NCBI RefSeq assembly: GCF_032250955.1
Contig: NZ_JAVVES010000003.1
Location: forward strand, 1,268-65,267
Direction of reading: 5' to 3'
Source: Sulfuriflexus sp.
GTDB taxonomy: Bacteria; Pseudomonadota; Gammaproteobacteria; AKS1
DNA: 64,000 bases
Shown: positions 60,678 through 64,000 of the stretch, one piece after another
How the letters are laid out: each line of letters opens with the position of its first letter
Position numbering within the stretch: the first letter of the stretch is position 1
Translations under genes and position numbers: made by a program
The notes under the pieces: generated by a model
Told to the model about the DNA's origin: nothing
The model's database searches: none
Seen by the model: the letters and a program-made list of their open reading frames with translations, nothing else

Positions 60678-61741
60678 GCACACTCCCGTACCTGCGCCGC
60701 GGCCTGCTGGGCGCGCTGACGATCATCCTGATAAGCATTAGCCTGTCGGGCTGTGAGCGTTCGCAACCGGCAACCAAATTCAACGAAACGGTCTATACCT
60801 TCGGCACCCTCGTCGAGGTCACCCTGGTCGGGGTGGAGGCGGCGCACGCCCGCGCCGCCTATAACGCCATCCTCGATGACTTTGACTATATGCATGCCAC
60901 CTGGCATGCCTGGCAACCCAGCGCCCTCGCCCGCATCAACGGCCTGCTAAAGACCGGCGCGTCCTTTTCACTCGCGCCCTCGGTGCTGCCCCTGATCACC
61001 TCGTCGCAGACCCTGTCGACACAAAGCGAAGGCCTGTTTAATCCGGCCATCGGCCAGCTCATCAACCTGTGGGGGTTTCACAGCGATCAGCGCGATGACC
61101 AACAGCCTCCGCCCGCGCCGGCCGAGATAGCGGCCTTGCTGGAGAGTGCACCGGGCATGGATGATATTGTCATTGAAGGCCTCAACATGCGCGGCACCAA
61201 CGCCACACTGCAGCTCGACTTTGGCGGCTTCGCCAAGGGCTATGCCGTCGATGTCGCCATCAACCACCTGCGCGAACTCGGCATCGAAAATGCCATTGTC
61301 AACGCCGGCGGCGACCTGCGCGCCATTGGCCGCCATGCCGACCGGCCCTGGCGCGTGGGGATCCGCCAGCCGCGCGGTGAGGGGGTGTTCGCCTCACTGG
61401 AAATTGAAGGCGACGAGAGCGTTTTCACCTCCGGCGACTATGAACGCTTCTTTGAATATGACGGCCAGCGCTATCACCACATCATTGACCCGCGCACAGG
61501 TTACCCGGCCAGTCAAACCCGCTCGGTCACGGTCATCCATGCTGACGGGGCCACGGCCGACGCCGCCGCTACCGCCCTGTTTGTCGCCGGCCCGCAAGAC
61601 TGGCATCGCATCGCCAAACAGATGGGCATCAAGTATGTCATGCTGATCGACAAGCAGGGCCGGGTCCACATGAACCCGGCGATGGCCCGGCGGATCAAGC
61701 TAACTAACCAGCCTGAGATCCTCCTCAGCGCGACGCTGTAA
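60674..61741 (+). CDS. apbE: ApbE-family FAD:protein FMN transferase, lipoprotein
   Basis: 355 aa with the lipobox LSGC and motifs LDFGGFAKGYAVD and SGDYERF...HHIIDPRTG. The ATGA overlaps the gshB stop. Confidence 0.88.
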   Translation: MSTLPYLRRGLLGALTIILISISLSGCERSQPATKFNETVYTFGTLVEVTLVGVEAAHARAAYNAILDDFDYMHATWHAWQPSALARINGLLKTGASFSLAPSVLPLITSSQTLSTQSEGLFNPAIGQLINLWGFHSDQRDDQQPPPAPAEIAALLESAPGMDDIVIEGLNMRGTNATLQLDFGGFAKGYAVDVAINHLRELGIENAIVNAGGDLRAIGRHADRPWRVGIRQPRGEGVFASLEIEGDESVFTSGDYERFFEYDGQRYHHIIDPRTGYPASQTRSVTVIHADGATADAAATALFVAGPQDWHRIAKQMGIKYVMLIDKQGRVHMNPAMARRIKLTNQPEILLSATL

Positions 61742-61768
61742 TTGCCGCCCGTGGCCGCGACTACACGC

Positions 61769-62128
61769 ATGCTGACCCTTGCCGATGGTATCTTGATCAT
61801 CAGCGCCGGCCTGTTGCTCGGCTTCCTGTACAGCGGCACCTTTTCAACCCGCCCGGCGCAGACCGCGATCATTACCGATCACCTCGGCCAGCATCAGCAT
61901 ATCGATATGCGGCGCGACCAGGTCATTACCCTGCAGGGCGCCATCGGCGACAGCACGCTACAGGTCACCGGCGGCCGTTTGCGGTTTACCGACTCCCCCT
62001 GTCGTAACAAGCTGTGTATCCAGAACGGCTGGATCGAGCATGGCGGGGCCGCCGTCGCCTGTCTGCCCAATCGCTTAAGTGTGCAGCTGGCGCGCAATGA
62101 CAATGACTTTGATGCCATCAACTTCTAG
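61769..62128 (+). CDS. NusG domain II-containing (DUF1312) membrane-anchored protein
   Basis: It has an N-terminal TM helix and CRNKLCIQNGWIEHGGAAVACLPNRLSV, characteristic of the family. The track ORF begins with TTG at 61742. Confidence 0.7.
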   Translation: MLTLADGILIISAGLLLGFLYSGTFSTRPAQTAIITDHLGQHQHIDMRRDQVITLQGAIGDSTLQVTGGRLRFTDSPCRNKLCIQNGWIEHGGAAVACLPNRLSVQLARNDNDFDAINF

Positions 62129-62129
62129 C

Positions 62130-62663
62130 ATGACCGCCTCTCCCGGCCTTAGCCTGCAAGCCAACCGCGATGACCTGCGTATCGCCGGTTTCGCTGCCCT
62201 GGCCATCGTTATCCACCTGGCGGAAAGCGCCCTGCCGACGCCCCTGCCCGGCTTCAAACCCGGGTTCGCGAACATCATCAGCCTCTACGTCTTGCTGGCC
62301 TATGGCTGGCGCATGGCCGCCTGGGTCAGTCTCTTGCGCGTGCTCGGCGGCAGCCTGTTACTGGGGACCTTCCTCTCGCCGACCTTCATGCTCAGTCTCA
62401 GCGGGGCCTTGGCCAGCCTGGCTGTGCTTGCGGTCAGCATCCACCTGCCCGGCCGCCCCTTCGGCCCGGTAGGGCACAGTTGCCTGGCGGCGCTGGCGCA
62501 CATGAGTGGCCAGTTTTTTGCTGCCTATAGCCTGTTTATGCCCCACCCGGCGTTATTGTTGCTATTGCCGGTTTTGCTTACTGCGGCCCTTTTGTCTGGC
62601 ATTGTTGGCGGTATAATCACGCACAAGGTAATGCAACAGATGCAAGAAATGCGATCCACATGA
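62130..62663 (+). CDS. Gx-transporter family membrane protein (heptaprenyl-diphosphate-synthase-component-I-like)
   Basis: About 177 aa, multi-pass, with IVIHLAESALPTPLPGFKPGFANIISL. ATG 62130 follows the preceding stop by 1 nt. Confidence 0.65.
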   Translation: MTASPGLSLQANRDDLRIAGFAALAIVIHLAESALPTPLPGFKPGFANIISLYVLLAYGWRMAAWVSLLRVLGGSLLLGTFLSPTFMLSLSGALASLAVLAVSIHLPGRPFGPVGHSCLAALAHMSGQFFAAYSLFMPHPALLLLLPVLLTAALLSGIVGGIITHKVMQQMQEMRST

Positions 62664-63556
62664 CTCACACCGCCCCGCTGCCAACACCGACGATCACCGC
62701 CTTTGACCGCTTCGGCCTGACGCTTTTCTTTGCGGTAGTCATCCATGCCCTGATCATTCTCGGCATCACCTTCAGTAGCGAGTCGCTGAACAAACCCGAG
62801 CACATACAGACGATGGAAATCACGCTGGTGCAGTCCAGAAGTGAAAAACCGGTAGAGGACGCGCAGTTCCTCGCCCAGGCCAACCAGCAGGGCAGTGGCA
62901 ACACCCCCGACATCGAAAAGCCCGTGGCGCCGCGCCGGCAGGAAGTCGCCACCCCGCACAAGAATACCGGTACCGCCCCAGAGAGCAGTCCGGCGGTCAC
63001 GCCCCGCGAGCAAACCCCGCAGACACAACAACAGGCCGTGATGACGGCCGACGCAGCCACTAAACCGGTACCGGACAGGCCGCAATCGGCGTCACAACAG
63101 AACAAGACCCCGAGCGCGAGCCAGATGATCAGCCACGCCCTACAGATCGCCAGCGCCAGCGCCGAATACGAACAGCAAAAACTCGCCAACAAGAAACAGA
63201 AACGCAGCAAGTTCATCACCGCCAGCACCACCGAATACAACTACGCCGCCTACCAGGACGCCTGGCGGCTCAAGGTCGAGCGCATCGGCCGCATCAACTA
63301 CCCGGAGGAGGCCACGCGCCGCCGCCTGACCGGCAAGCTCATACTAACCGTGGTGCTACGCGCGGACGGCAGCATCCAGGACATCAGCCTCGTCCAATCC
63401 TCCGGCAACCGCATACTCGATGATGCCGCGCAGCAAATTGTGCGCCTCGCCGCCCCCTACGCGCCGTTCCCGGATAATATCCGCGCCGAAACCGACCTCT
63501 TGCACATCACCCGCACCTGGATCTTCCAGAGTGGCAACCGCCTGACCTCGCGCTAG
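62660..63556 (+). CDS. tonB: TonB-family energy transducer (TonB3-like position)
   Basis: 298 aa with an N-terminal TM anchor and a Pro/Gln-rich spacer. The C-terminal TonB domain reads YPEEATRRRLTGKLILTVVLRADGSIQDISLVQSSGNRILDDAA. The ATGA overlaps the previous gene. Confidence 0.85.
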   Translation: MTHTAPLPTPTITAFDRFGLTLFFAVVIHALIILGITFSSESLNKPEHIQTMEITLVQSRSEKPVEDAQFLAQANQQGSGNTPDIEKPVAPRRQEVATPHKNTGTAPESSPAVTPREQTPQTQQQAVMTADAATKPVPDRPQSASQQNKTPSASQMISHALQIASASAEYEQQKLANKKQKRSKFITASTTEYNYAAYQDAWRLKVERIGRINYPEEATRRRLTGKLILTVVLRADGSIQDISLVQSSGNRILDDAAQQIVRLAAPYAPFPDNIRAETDLLHITRTWIFQSGNRLTSR

Positions 63557-63596
63557 GAAAATAAACACCAGGAAATGTGAACCTCACCAGCCCAAC

Positions 63597-63695
63597 GCAG
63601 AGACGCGAAGTCGCAGAGGACGCCAAGGGTTTTAGTTAATGTATCTCCGCGACCTTTGCGACTTCGCGCACTTTGCGTTCCCAGCCGGGAACACA
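63597..63695. repeat. Second locus of the GC-rich REP-like family
   Basis: CGCAGAGGACGCCAAGG (63611-63627) is the exact reverse complement of the 38472-38488 17-mer. It is followed by TCTCCGCGACCTTTGCGACTTCGCGCACTTTGCG, with three CTT(T/C)GCG units. Confidence 0.7.
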
Positions 63696-63876
63696 AAAAT
63701 TCCACCCCTGGCAAACGCTCATCATCCCAGGATGTTGATTTTAATCACTGGATTCCGGCCTCCGCCAGAATGACGAGGCTGTGGCGTTCAGGATTTTCTC
63801 CCGGCTTTCGCTATCGATACGACCTCAGGGGTTTCTGCATCTTGCCAGCCGCGGGCGAGTGCCGGATACTTGCGGT

Positions 63877-64000
63877 ATGACTGATACGTCCTATCTGAAC
63901 AACCACTTTCTCATCGCCATGCCGGCGCTGGAAGACCCGAACTTTTTTCACAGCGTCACCTACATCTGCGAGCATAACGAGCAGGGGGCGATGGGCATCA
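63877..64000 (+). CDS. yqgE: YqgE/AlgH (UPF0301) family protein, N-terminal fragment running off the right edge
   Basis: [41 protein letters not shown] matches the conserved N-terminus of the family. Confidence 0.85.
   Translation, partial: MTDTSYLNNHFLIAMPALEDPNFFHSVTYICEHNEQGAMGI

Noticed and set aside
62525-63240. Two overlapping minus-strand ORFs (186 and 191 aa)
   Set aside because: They are antisense to the Gx-family and tonB genes. They are Cys/Arg-rich and not protein-like.

Overview
This window looks like core chromosome from a gammaproteobacterial chemolithoautotroph, probably a sulfur oxidiser (inferred from gene content only). I found no rRNA, tRNA, CRISPR array, transposase or integrase. 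All coordinates and motifs were read by eye, so treat boundaries as approximate.

Gene content, left to right:
- **Copper cluster (1-9365, minus strand):** nine co-directional genes. In transcription order: Met/His/Cys-rich ORF, cusC, cusB, cusA, c-type cytochrome, 40-codon micro-ORF, DUF302, copZ-like, copA.
- **Orphan pilU.**
- **RuBisCO supercluster:** cbbR is divergent from form IA cbbL-cbbS. Then come a terminator, an unknown 103-aa ORF, cbbQ and cbbO. Form II cbbM follows with its own cbbQ and cbbO.
- **Poorly characterised block (22.5-27.1 kb):** it includes an internally deleted histidine-phosphatase remnant.
- **Housekeeping genes:** def and purC.
- **Noncoding gap of about 960 nt:** it is packed with nested hairpin repeats and an orphan terminator.
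- **regB-regA.**
- **Calvin/glycolytic operon:** tkt-gap-pgk-pyk-fba.
- **Methyl-cycle cluster:** metK-ahcY-metF, with an SAH riboswitch and a candidate metK attenuator.
- **Complete pilGHIJK-chpABC cluster.**
- **gshB, apbE, NusG-II, Gx, tonB and algH.** The gshB, tonB and algH part is syntenic with Pseudomonas.

I found no clear-cut novel multi-gene system. The leads most worth a second look are the hairpin-repeat cluster, the small ORFs embedded in the cbb cluster, the operator shared by cbbL and cbbM, and the metK leader.
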